NCBI GenBank assembly: GCA_040954595.2
Contig: CM082589.2
Coordinates: 6,073,186 to 6,137,185 of the forward strand
Source of the DNA: Balanoglossus misakiensis
Lineage: Eukaryota; Animalia; Hemichordata
Reading direction: 5' to 3'
DNA: 64,000 nt
The notes under the pieces are model-generated. The model had not been told where the DNA came from, searched no databases, and saw nothing but the letters and a program-made list of their open reading frames with translations. Position numbers and translations under genes: made by a program. Positions 43,344 through 56,800 of this stretch are shown piece by piece. Each line of letters begins with the position of its first letter. Position 1 is the first letter of the stretch.

Positions 43344-45697
43344 TTAGGTTGTGAAATTTCTTCCAATTTGACTGCGCTTCTGATTCAAAATGGCTGCCAA
43401 TCTTGGCGTCAATCTTGGAGGCAAAATTTTACGCTGCTGTAAACACCATCATTTGACTATTATCCGAACTGACCATACAAGACAGATTGGAAACAGACAC
43501 TTCATCCAATATCTCTGACTCATGAAGTACTTACCAGCTAATAATTCACAGAAAATAGCTGACAAGTTCTATTTTTTTCTGTATGTAGTGTGTATTATGG
43601 TCTACAGTGTTGTAATCGTGAGCACAAGACATTTTCCTTAACTATAGAAAAGTTTACCATACATGTAATATATGAATCATGGAGGGAGAGAGGAGGGAGG
43701 GAGAGATGTAGACTCTTGCTCTCTGTCTCTCTCCCTCCTCCCTCCCTTTCTCCTCCCTGCCAAGACTTGCACCAGTAGACATAAACACAGAGACCGAGCG
43801 AAAACTAACCTGATTACTGTAACTGCAGCCAGTCTTCTCCCCTGCTTCTTGTTTTCCTATTCCCTAGTACCGGTAGCGTTCCAGGACAAGCCTACAAATG
43901 AAAGAGACCAAAAAAAAATATGTATAACTGGCCAGATTACAAGAATATCAATGTCTAGATCTTCATTTACCTTAGCATTTGTGGCTACATATAAGTGCCT
44001 TTAATATCTGATGAAAAAAAAACCTGCTATTCCTGATGAGCTTACAGGTGAGACTTTCCTCAGGTACTGCCAGCGCCTTGAATGATTCATGCAACAGATA
44101 ACCTTCTAGTGTTGCGACTTCGTTACCGGACGGCTCATTAAACTCCTAGGATTCCCACCCCCTCCAGTAGCGCTGAACACAGCTTCGCTTTTCAGGAACT
44201 ACGACACCCCCCCCCCCCCCCCCTTTATTCACATCCCTGTTTTAAGCTTCATTAACTCCCCAACTTTTTCAGGGTTCCTGATTAAGGTCACCACCTAACG
44301 AACCTCGCATTGTGTAAGCGCTCTGGCAGCGGTGGATAGGTTATCACCACTAGGCATGAAAACCAATCCATCCATCACTGTCTGTAGATATTTATTTTCA
44401 AATTTGGACGAATCTCATTCTCAATGCAACATCTGTGATAACAATAGCTCGCTCCTTCAGAATAGCAATGTGGCATGGATAATTTGAGAGAAGCTCTTTT
44501 TAATCATATCAGTATTATTAAATTCACATATTCCTCTTGACTCGCTCACCCATAAGGTTAAAGTAGTATGACCCAAAACAACTAAAGAATACAATACGAG
44601 CGAGGCGGTTGTCGCATAATCTGGGATTAGTTCAAGGTACATGTATACATCAAATAATTAAAAAGTATCACATTATATGGGAGGGAATAATGTCGAATTC
44701 ACTGCTTGTGTATGGTACAGTGTAATTGTGAGTGAAATACAGACACAAGACTACAAATGTACGACCAAGGTATGATGGATTTCCTCCGCAGAGAAAACCA
44801 GAATTTGTTCACGATTTGTAACAACAGGTTCAATTTTGTCTGGATTTTTTTCTGTGAGTACTGTTTGCAAATCTGCCACTGTTACCCCACTCCTCCCCAG
44901 TGTTTGCAACGTTATGGTTTGACCATGTGCTGGCCAATAGGGGTGGTATTCTTTTACTGCTGAGAAAGGCGACACCACATGTATGTGGCCGCAGTCGCCA
45001 TACAATAGCAACCGCGGGAGTCCAACCACATCGCAGATCAAGTGGAGAAGTCATTCTTCCATATGACCTTGTACACTACAGACCATGTGTTCTGTTGCGA
45101 CTACTTAGCACTGGGATATAACAAAAGGAAAGCTCAGATGATCACAAAAATCAGGTCAGGTATACAGCTGGAAGCCATCCCGCCACATTTTATACCTATC
45201 ATATGTGCTGCATCTCCAGAATACACTGGCCGATACCACATTTGTTAAGACAGTCGGCAAAACAACATTTCAAATAGTATTCAGAGCAGTGCAGTACAGC
45301 TATAACAGGGTTATAGGTCGTCAGTGATCACATGTGCGTGTCGCACGAAACAATGATGAAGAGTTTTGCCTGATTCCACTAAGCCCTTGATATTTTACTT
45401 ACACTGGTTCATCACTGCAACAGCGCCAGAAATATCACACTGTACACCTTGAGGGCAGCAAAGTTTATCGCGCAGATAAAAGATATTCCCCCATTTTGGA
45501 GGTAATTTACACACAATTTCACTGACACCCCAAGGCACCTCGCGAAACACCACAGAGGGGCTTTGGGGTAAAACTATTCGACTACTGCTCAGGAGTTCTC
45601 ACCAGAAAAAACAATGTTCATTTTGCAAACGAGCATCTCCTTGGAGAGTAACTCACATCCATGGTAATCACGAACTGTCGTCATTTGCTTCATTTTC

Positions 45698-45711
45698 GTT
45701 TCCATGGTAAC
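45698..45711. promoter_or_regulatory. RFX X-box
   Basis: GTTTCCATGGTAAC, near-palindromic X-box consensus. Confidence 0.6.
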
Positions 45712-45862
45712 TGCTATGCAAGTACTGGCAATGTGGTGGTGCCAACTTCCTGTTGTTTGAGGCAGCCTACCTATGTTATCTTGAAAAACCTACCATTGAC
45801 ATGGCCAAAATAGTCTATCCAAACCTACGATATGGTTGACAAACATGAGTTAGCGTTGTTAA

Positions 45863-45951
45863 CCCTATCACCACCATTTCCTTCTTCAGAGATCCAACTT
45901 TGCCATAGAAAACAAGGATTTGGACCAAATATCATGGTGGTGATGAAAGGG
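45863..45951. mobile_element. ~90-bp TTAA-flanked mini inverted-repeat element (piggyBac-like CCC...GGG ends)
   Basis: TTAA|CCCTATCACCACCAT ... ATGGTGGTGATGAAAGGG|TTAC. The internal caactttgccatagaaaacaaggatttggaccaaa is homologous to the copy at 29953-30031. Confidence 0.65.
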
Positions 45952-48516
45952 TTACAAAACTGCATATTTGGTCAAAAAAGCCGACAACTACACCACAAAG
46001 GGAAGCCGACCGGACCTCTTGTAAAGAATCAAACCCAATCTGACATGAATATGAATGATTTAAAACACTTATCTATTTGACCTTAGATAATCTTGAGTTT
46101 TTCAAAAGATAAGATCGCCTGAACTAAAGAATACACCCCATTTCATAATCACTCTTTGAAATGCTGATATGGCTATATAAGGGGAAGATCAATGGCCAGA
46201 TGGTACATGAAATGGCTGCGAATAGATAAATACGTAGTTATCGGGGGAAAAAATTGAAGATTTCATATTTCTGACAAGTATTGACCGACCATTTCAAAAT
46301 ATCAGAAAACTGTCACATAAATGCTGATAATGCCTTTATGCTGGCTTAATATTATTCTGAATCTTCATATGTAATAGCTGAATTTTTACCAAATTTTCTG
46401 CTGAAAAACATTGTCTGAACTGAAGTGTTGCCTCGACTTTCAGTTGATGATATAGTAGGTCATCTCTGCCCAGTACCTCACAAAATGCACTTTTCAACTC
46501 GGGGAAAATAATATCAAACCCTGGATTCTCGGTTTGTTTGTATTCCCTGACACTGCCCGGAGCAAACGGCTAGTTTTCAAAGCTGGTGTAAAAGGTATTA
46601 TGACTGAGAGAGACTCGCACCTGTGTCCTCCCCGACTAAAGCCTGGCTTTTGAAATCTTCCCACGCAGTCATCACAGCGTACAGAAATTTACCTCTGTCA
46701 CAAACAGGTGCGATTTTAACTCAAGATCACGGTCAAGGACGTAACCTTGCAAGATATATAGCAAGTGTTGAATCATTTTTAATAATTAATGTCCATCATA
46801 TCAGTTTTCACACTTCAGAAAAGGAACAGAGACTTATTTTCAATACACATGTACACATACCCGCTATAATATGCCAAAATTTTGTTCATCTTCAAATGGA
46901 TATTGGCCTCAATTCAGTGCAAACTGCACTCTCTGTATATCTAAAGATTCGGTGCTTCTTTTACCCATAGGTTCGTTTAAATAATGTCACGAAGTCTGCT
47001 GTGAGGCCGTACAATTAGCGCACATCGACGGCACATCAGAGCTAAACAGCTCTGGGGGAAACTGCTATCCTTGTGTGCTGGAAATTGCTCTGTAAAAAGC
47101 AGAACTATACCCTACCCATTCGTAGGCGAATGCATGGTTGCTGTTGGCATTTGAAGCTGAAAAACGAGACGAATTTGATTTATCATGGAAAAAATGTGTA
47201 TTTGTCTTCAACGAGCACGTTTACATCTAATGGGTGGATTTCTGGTAATTTTGATAGTCTGTGTGTGTGCTCAGCTTTCATAAGCTCACAAGTTTCCACC
47301 AGTCTTCAAGATTTCTTCCCCTCCTCATAAAATTTTGATCGGCATTTGTCCAATGACTCATGGTACCATATTCTCAGAACTGCACGGCCTGCATCATGAT
47401 TCAGTCAAGGCACAGGGTTTAAATATTTTCGTAACCTCAAGATGTGAAACTAGGTCAGAATATTGATAGAGAAGAAACAATGCCTGCTCTGTGTGTTCGT
47501 GTGTGCATGCAAATTTAAGTTTAGGTCTACAGAAATGATTGGGCAATGAAGAACAACTGATAAGGAAAAACATCCCTGTAGCAATAATTAACGAATTCTC
47601 ACAAAAATAACCATCCCCAAGGGAAAAGGGGGTGGGGGTTTCTATTGAAAATTTGCGTCCCTGATATGGACATTGTAAACTTGCTTCCAACTGGTCAGCC
47701 AGTGTTTTCAGGTTCTCAACTAGCCTGAGATTCTAACTACATGTACATGTAAAAAGGACAAAAAACCGTGACATAATGATGTCCCCCAGGAGCCAATCAC
47801 AGACAGCATGATTGGGTCTATACGTTCTCAATACTAACCCACCCTCCGTGACTTGATGAAGACCTTACATGCATGATGCAAGCTAAGTCAATCCAACACA
47901 AAAACCAGACTGCAATTGACTTCAAGGTGACACATTAAGTTACACCATCTTTCTCAGCAAGGGTATCCGGCCAATTGCTTGCAAGTTCAACATACAGTAA
48001 ACCTCTCTGAAGCAAACAACAAAGGGACTGAAGAAATTGTTCAGTTTGCAGAGGTTTCTGGTTTATAGAGGTTCTTTCAACACGTACCAGTCAGTATACA
48101 TCAGTTGTACATCAACCAACATGTCCCCACCACTACACGTCACAATTATGCATTACAAGCTCGAATCAAATGTATATCGGAGTAGACAAACCTGCTATCC
48201 ATTCCCTATACAACAAGACTAATTGCCATGCCAAGCATTTTACTGTGTACACTTTGCTGTGCCCAACAGCAGGTTATCTAAACTGAAGTAATATCTCTTA
48301 CTTAGGTTACAGTAAAACAAGACCTTGCCTATACTCTCAAACGTTCATGCGCACACGTATCCATTCTGGAAATAACGGAAACTGAAACACTACATGTAAC
48401 AGGAAAACCTGGACAAGATCTCTGGTAAATCCGGATTGGCTTTTAATAGGGAATGGACACACAATAAGGACGTACGTGTACACACACTATAGAGGAAACA
48501 TGACACCGGGACATAC

Positions 48517-48594
48517 CATGGGATCAGAGCACATAGAGGCCAAATATTTTCTTCTTCCTGACCTTTCCTGAGTGCCACCTGCCTTGTCCACCAT
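48517..48594 (-). other. Candidate alternative 5' exon end (MVDKAGGTQERSGRRKYLASMCSDPM, phase 0, or non-coding)
   Basis: Donor ATG|GTATGT, with a near-perfect RFX X-box ~180 bp upstream of the ATG. Phase differs from the phase-1 set. Confidence 0.25.
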
Positions 48595-48771
48595 TTACAC
48601 AGAAAGCCGATCTGAGGCAGTGTGCCAGAGAATCCACGGAGGTAAAACCCTTTAGATGAAGAACTTCACCAAAGTGACATTTTTCATCCGATCACAGTTC
48701 CGTTCATGGTTATGGTCAGTAAATTTCCTCATCCCCCAACACCCCCCTCCTCCTCATCTCAGTCAAGCTTT

Positions 48772-48785
48772 GTTGCCATGGAAAC
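48772..48785. promoter_or_regulatory. RFX X-box
   Basis: GTTGCCATGGAAAC. Confidence 0.6.
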
Positions 48786-51700
48786 AGAGGAGGCGTTAAA
48801 AGTTAAAGATGTGGTCATCTGAAGCCTACATGTATGGAGGTTGTTGTCAAAAGGGTGCCATTTCCACCTTGCTCACACAGCACAAAATTTTGACACCTCA
48901 TTATCAGACAGGAAATTTCAATTACCCACAAATACCCACAACACACAACTTGATGTTTATACAAGACTGCTACACTATAGACAAATCAACACCAATGAAT
49001 ACCTTGTTTAAACCAGCAAATATGCTCCAGATCACGCTCTGGGGAATCACTGTGCCCGGCTGTTATAATAACAGACGATTCCGTCCACTTCCATCCAACT
49101 ACGCTGACCCAATTCTGGGCAGATACATGTACACACAAAAAAAGTACAGCTCAGTGAACTGACTGCATTAGTCAGTCAAATTTCCTGCCATCTGGCTTTG
49201 TCTTTCTGGAGGTCAGGCCGCAAGGTCGCACATTTCCATACTTGAAATCAGAGTAGTTTAAGCTGTGCCAATCGGCACGGAGGGTAGAGGCCTGTGTGGA
49301 CATAGAACATTTTTACACATTTTGTAAATGGAGATTTTAGTCATTGTTTGTTTTAGCAGGAACAACTGTTTGAGCCTGTATACCTGTATGTCATACACTA
49401 GGTACAATGGGCACCATATATTGGCACTCAATTTGTGGAGGTCCACCCTCCCCGTTGAAGAAAACAACAGATTTCGGCCAAACAATGGACTATGGGAAGA
49501 CCCATCATGCTAACAATACATTATGAAACATTTCTTCTATGGCTCATTGTATTGGGTTCAGATGACATACTTGTAGTTGTACTCGCATAAAGACATTTTA
49601 CCCCCCAAAAATCACGCAGTTTTAAGATATTAAGTATTCGCTTTAATCAGAGAATATAGAAACTTTTACCGAAAAACTCTTCAATATTTGTTTGTTCATT
49701 TGTGCTACCTACAATCTGTGCACCTGGACCAGAGAGATGGAAACAAAGAAAAGATGAATTATGAAAATTTCCTGACTAAAACCAACCTCATATCCAACAC
49801 AAAGGCACAAAAAATCACCATAAACATGTGACATGACAGGCAATTTATCAGACTAAAAGATAAAGTCGCTCTTTTCATACAAATTTCTATCAAAATATAA
49901 CCCACACAACTTTGTAATAACACCAGCGAGAATACATCACATAATGCATTCTTTATAATTTATTGTAAGCTACGAGCTGCCTCGCAAATTCAATTATGGT
50001 GGACCTTTTACCCAATATCACGACTGGTGCCAGAAATCTGGCGTTAATAAATAGGCACATATTTCAATGACAAAGATTTCCCTTTTTAATAATTCCTGCC
50101 GGGGAATTTCTGAGACTTGGCCGGTAGCCATAGTATTCCTGTCTGGATGCAATCACGGAATCACTCCCACCATCAATTAGATGAGAAATTCATCTTACAT
50201 TATAAGCTGCTGACTGATCTTTAATTGCAAAGTTTTTTTTAATGTGAACTACAGTGTGTGTGAGTCATGTGACTACCATATAACGTCCTTTTCGACGCCT
50301 TAATTTTAAGCAGTCAGTAAAAGTACATTTGCTGTGTGAGGCATGTGATATCCATAGTCATTGACTTTGTCCCTTTAATTAGTGGTATTACCAATTAACA
50401 TTCATTATCAAGAAAACTTGCTCTTAATTTGATTACATCTTTTGCTAATTAGTAATTTCCATTACCACTTTGATAATGGAACTGATAATGGTTCCATCTA
50501 CTATCTCCAAGGTCACGAACAATTAGAGTAATGAACTTCAATTTCACCAAAAACAGGCTTCCATAGATAATGTGCATTTAATCATAGACACACACCAAAC
50601 AGTGGGCCATGGCCATACAGGTGGAGATGCTATCTATTACAGTATTAATATAAGAACATACAAATATGAGATAGATTATAAGATTAAAGACCACCCTGTA
50701 GCTACATCTTACAAACTTCGGTCCCTAGATACAAGCTAAGTTATTCTGCAGTTGACAATCACAAGTTCTTTCCTCAATAATGCTCTCGTAGCTTGTTTGT
50801 CCGACACCGAAAAAGAGATGGATGTTCTACACTTTGACATCACCACACCCAAGGTATGTCTTTTGAAACCTCGTGATCACTCCGTACATCACAAACAACA
50901 TTCCCTCCCTTGTTTTTCTCATAAATTATTCTCCCTGGCTCACTTCATCAGCTCGCGAACATTTCTAGGTCAGTTACGACCAGACAATGCAAGTGGCTGG
51001 GTTTCCCGGCAGAGGGGAAAATTTGATAATCAACGCAACAGGATCAAAGTTTGTTCAAGTTTGATAGATGTGTGACAAAATGTAATTTCACCGCAGTGAT
51101 CTAAAGATTTTGTTATTTAGCCAACACAAATGCTCCCGTCAACACAAGACCCTTCTTTGTATTGGTTGTACGCAACATCTAATAACTGAGATGAAATATA
51201 CAAAAGATAATAAATTTTCCTGCAGCACATGTCGAGTTATTGGACACATACATTGTACATCTATAAAGTATTGTACCACCACAATCATAAGTTGACACAT
51301 TCAAAACCAAAGATCTTCTGAAGAAGCCATATTGACAAAGGGTTCTCATTGACAGAATATGTCATTTTCTGGGGAACTTTTGTATGTCTAACTTTCAATT
51401 GAAAATTTCCATTGAATTTGCACTCTACTTTCACAGCTTGAAATGGAATGTACAGATACTAGTATCCAGTAGGTAGGTCAGCAAATTATCTGGAATGGCT
51501 ATTTGTCCCCTGATTCTCATCTGCCACTGTAAACTTTGCATCTGTCGGGATGATTAAACATGTAACCCTGGCCAGTGAAGGCTGGATATGGTACGGAAAT
51601 GCACAATCAAAGAAGCCTCACACTGACTGTAAACCACAATGATTTGGAAAAAATAACACGGAAGTTGCTGGTATCCCTGTATAAAGGTTGCTGGATGAAG

Positions 51701-53686
51701 TGAACATTTGGTTTATTTCAAAACTGCATGTCTTCAACAAGACATACCAGACAGTCAATGGTTGTGCATGTAGTGCTCCATCCCTGATACAGTGCCTGTG
51801 CTATCCAAACTTATGTTCTTATACACAGCTTCTAGGTGAACCACATATTGTAGAGAACCTCACTGCATCAAACGTGAAACATACTGGGAGGATTACCATT
51901 GGGAGCACTACAGCCGTGACATATACATTACAGAAGGATTATAGGTCAAGAACAGGAAACCCACAGAAAAACCAACAAATCCATTTACGCTCGTAAACTC
52001 TGGTATGCACCGGATTAAGGATATGTCTGGCGTGAGCTTCTGGATAGTGTAAAAATAGTAAACACTGCTGATTTAAAATTCAGGTTACAGAGTTTTGAAT
52101 CTGAGAGTCAAAACTGATATTTGTCTATTATAAAACTGCAGAATGCTCATAATTTTGCAGAAGTGGTAAAAGATTATCAACTACCTAAAACTAACCCCCC
52201 CCCCTGCCCCCGAACGACTATCTACAGTCCAAATCTTAATGAATTTGGAGTTTTTTGATTATGATGAAAGCTGCTCAAAGTTGTATACTAACAGTAAAAC
52301 TTACACCTCACATTATGTAAGCTGTAACATAGTTTGTAATGAACTGGTTCTTGTGCAGTGCATGGGCCCAACCACGAGAACTGCAGACGACACAATTCTA
52401 ATTGAGGTGCTATTGTAGGGTTAGGGCTTTCAAGCTAAATGTGAGCGCATCTCTCCCACCTGAAACTGCAATATCAGCACTACAAAGGACCGGTAAAACT
52501 GTCTAATGTGAACACAACTACTGTCTATAATAAACAGTTGTAGGGACCACATCACATTTTATCTACATGCGAAGACGTTTCTTGTTATAAATTACCGAAT
52601 GAAATGGCTTTAAATTTCCATTGCAACGTATATTGGATATTACATGTCCCATTCTCACCAGGGTGTATATAAAATATTTAACTAATTCATTGATGTGCTT
52701 AATCACATTCTTACTTTCGTAGAAATTATTGATAGTTAAGCCATCAATCCTCAAGAAAAATGTACACCATGTAAGAGTATACCTATAAACAATATAATAA
52801 TCTCAACCTGAAACTGCAATATCAAATTTCTCTAGCCCAATCCACAAGGCAGATTTCCAAAAACCAACTGTGACTATGCATTGGATTGATACATTTATGC
52901 AGGTACATTTGGAACTTTAGTGCAAAATTGGTACACATCAAACCATATTTCAATTAAGATACAACATTTAACGGTAATCAAACTAAGGTTCTGTGGAGTG
53001 TGTATTTAATGCTAGCTGTGTGTGTAATTTCACATTGACAAAAAAGCCAATTTGCCATCCAAGAGACAGTCACTAACTTTTGCCATTATTTTTAGCATTT
53101 TTGTTTCATTTGATAGGGTATTGATGGTTTTGCTTGCTGGAATATGATACATGACTCTGATGAGAAGTTGTTACAACACAACTAGAACCCTCTATGTTTG
53201 AGTTCCCGGAATTCATCTTTGAATAAATTATGCTGATTTTATGTAAATTAATTAATTATACAGTCATTTACTGAATGAACATGCTAATTGTATATGCAAA
53301 CTAGACTCATTATACAGTCATTTACAATAATTTTCCAAATTTTACCACGGATAATTTATTTAAAGACACTCACATAATTTAGAATATTCATATAAAATAC
53401 TTTAAAAGCCATGATGGGTAAACAATTTGTATTTTCTTGGTAAAGGATTCATTATTTGACAATCAAAGACAAAACTTGTTGTAACTGTTCAATAAGTTTG
53501 TTTGCTTTGCATATACCCTGCAATGTAATTTCTTCCCCAAGACCAATCACAATGTAGACAACATGAGAATACTTCTTTTTCTTTGTTCATTACAATTTTT
53601 GGTACTCGCCAAAAGTATGAGTGAACTGAAGTATTCACTGTTGCAAATTGGGCATGTGGCAATCAGCATGTCACTTGTCAGTATAA

Positions 53687-53824
53687 CATTGTCCCTTTAA
53701 ACATTTTACCACTATGATTTGGTCCATTGTCCCTTTAAACCTTTCACCACCATGGTGTGGTCCATTGTCCCTTTAATTAAACCTTTCACCACCACATGAT
53801 CCTATGGAACTGGGGGTGAAAGGG
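53687..53824 (+). repeat. 38-bp tandem repeat (about 3 units) derived from the TTAA mini-element family
   Basis: Units start at 53687, 53725 and 53763 (cattgtccctttaaacctttcaccaccatggtgtggtc) and the array ends in GGTGAAAGGG. Confidence 0.8.
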
Positions 53825-56800
53825 AAAAGTAATAATGACATTGGCACTAACGTTCACCATTCAGTCTGCTATTGTTGTTGTATTTGTATGCTGATATGGC
53901 CGAGGTGCTAAACCAAGCTAACACAGGCTGGTTCTTGGGTTAGCCCACAGCCAACCTTCTAAGAAATTCAGTTCTGAACTGCACCGTACTTAAGTTCATT
54001 TTATACCATTCCCCCACAATTTACACTGTTATCATCTATGGCAAGTATGGAATGTATATATCTTACAAAGCCACCGCCAAAGCAATTTGTTTTAAAAATG
54101 GCCACAAAAGGGCAATTTGTCAGCATTTTGCCAAACGCAGTCCCTGGAAGGTCTCAGGCTTGTATTTAATACTGGCATAATGGCTGCATCACTTTGCGAA
54201 TCTATTGGCCATTAACTCTTGACGTCTTCTGTTTCATCTATTTTGATACGGCAGAACATGATACCCCCAATCAATTGACATTAAAGGTCAGCAATGGGGA
54301 ATGCCGACAGAAAGGTGTCACATCCAGGTTTACATGGCTTACTTCTTGCTGTGTTTTGTGAGACAGGATTGCTGCTTTTTGAAACTGAGGATGATTATTC
54401 ACCCACCCATGTACCCAAACACACCAACATATATACATGGACACACACACTCACACACACACTAAGGTAAATACAGATTCGAACTATATTATAAAGTTAC
54501 CTTGTTTTTATTCTCAAAATGCGTATGTCACAAAACAACGAAACATGCTATATTGGAAGGCATTTGATACAGTTCGCAACTGATAATAGGACATAAAGAA
54601 TACACTACACCAAGCAAGAAGTCTTATTTAAAGTACATGGTAATTCCAAGTAACAGGTTGAATTTTATTTATCAAACTCTAATGTTGGGATGGCAAATGC
54701 TATTTAGATTCTAGTTTTCTTGCATCCATTACCGCAGAGTCAACACAAAATATGAAAATAATGGCTTTGCTCAGATGACAGATAAACATGTTTTCTTTCT
54801 TATATCACCGTAAATCTTTATCCAAGGCCATACAGGTATGGATTTAACTGTGCAAAGGACAGAATGCAGGGGTCACAACGCACTCTCAGATTTATACAGC
54901 AGAGCTTTAGAAAGTGGATTAGAAAATATCCACCAGGGAAAAGTATGTGTATGGAGGTATTAGCTGTGTTGGTTACATGAACATCTAAGATGCGTTGATT
55001 ACAAACATGGCTGGTTCTGAAACATACACAAGCCTGATTGAGGAAGGTCTTTGCGTTTAAATTAGTCGACAGTTGTATAAAAGAGAGATTTTTTCTCTTT
55101 GGTTCAAAAAAAGTGAAATATATTCAAGCAATTTGCGGCCATACATGTAAATTTAACAAGTTTCCAGGGGAATAACACAGGTAAATCAAATATCCTTGCG
55201 TGGGTAATGCAATCAACTGACCCAATCTTTCTTCCCGTGGTTGGTTAGGTTTTAGAGTCCATTAAAATCATGGATTTTTCAAAGTTATTTATGGTGGAGC
55301 GATTTCCACACTCTATTGAGACACCATTGCCAGTACAGGCGGAAGACCATTTTTATAGTTTCTTGGTTAGGATTTATATCACTTCTTGGCTACAGGCAGA
55401 GCCAGATTGCCTTCGTAAAAGTAAAAACTTCGAGCCATAAAACACCAAGCGTAGCTGAGCCATTAACAGAACATCTCTACTTTTATAGAGTGTCTCTCTC
55501 CAGGTGCTCAGATATAATATTTCTGTACGGAAGAGAAATTTTAAGTTCGGTTATCTCAGACTTTTCTTGCAGGTGTTAAATTGTAAAAAGCTACCGCAGT
55601 GATTTGGCAATGCGCACAGAGCAAGGATTATTTTTGGCAATTTGCATAACCATTTTATTGAAGAATTATTTAAGTCTCAGATGTTTTTATTTTTACATAT
55701 TCCAATCATATTTTTATTACTTTTCCTATAAAAAAACCCCAATCTATTCTGTATATTTTGTACCAGTTTTGGTCATAAATTTTATATGGCCCTATTATGA
55801 AAGTAGACACCATAATTAGAGATACAGAAATTATTCACAAATACAAGTATTTTGTGACCCATATAAGTTGCAATGGCAAAATTCCAGTCTATAGAATTAC
55901 TCTCATATGACTCTATAGTGATGTCACGTCTCTTGAACCTGATGAATAACAATAACACTGATTATTTTTTGATCAAGCACCCTTCAAAAAGCTAGTTAAT
56001 TAAGACTTGTCTGTATTCATATGTAAATTATATCAATTAGAGCACTGAAGCTGATTCTAATTAAAATCCAATCCCACTAAACGATGGCATCAAAAAGCAA
56101 TTTGAGAGAGGTTTCACTGGGGAAAACTATTTTACTCTTCAGGGGGGTGGCGGGGGAGTCCTGAATGACACAATCTGAAAATGACGAAACTTACACAATA
56201 TTGTGGTGATGATGATTGTGGTGATCACTACAGAAATAAAAATAATACCAAGTAACAACACATTTTTCTCTTTTCAGCAACTAGACACAACAGTATGGTA
56301 TCATTTAGAACATTTTAACACCCTCTCACAACAAAATTCAGTGACCAAAAACCATGAAGTATATCATGGAAGAGATCAGAAAATTGGGAATTGGAAAAGC
56401 ATTCCAAATATGCCTGCTTGCGTCTGGGGCTCTTACATTTGTTTGCAATAGACCACTGAACGGTTATTTTCACTAGGTCTCCAGAGAAGAATCCATCGGA
56501 ATGGAAAGTTTTAAATTTCCACAGAACTTACGGCACGTCACAGGTGCTGATGGGATTTTGATCGGTTTACAACAAGAAACTATGAAGATAATCCCCCTTT
56601 CAACCAGTGTACTTTGGTCCAGCACTTGTTTTGGATGGTGTGGTTTGATTTATGCGCGGGGAGGGGAGGGGAGGGGTGTGGTGGGGGTAGGATTGATAAA
56701 GGTTTGTAACCATTAGCTTATCGCTGATACGAACGCAACTTCACCAATGGAAATCTATCTTCAAATGTTTAACAATAAATGTTACAGACAGAGACGATGT

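Noticed and set aside
44751-45248. Cluster of overlapping ORFs with a protein-like look
   Set aside because: No recognisable family and no coherent splice sites. It might be a decayed repeat, but I cannot support that without BLASTX.
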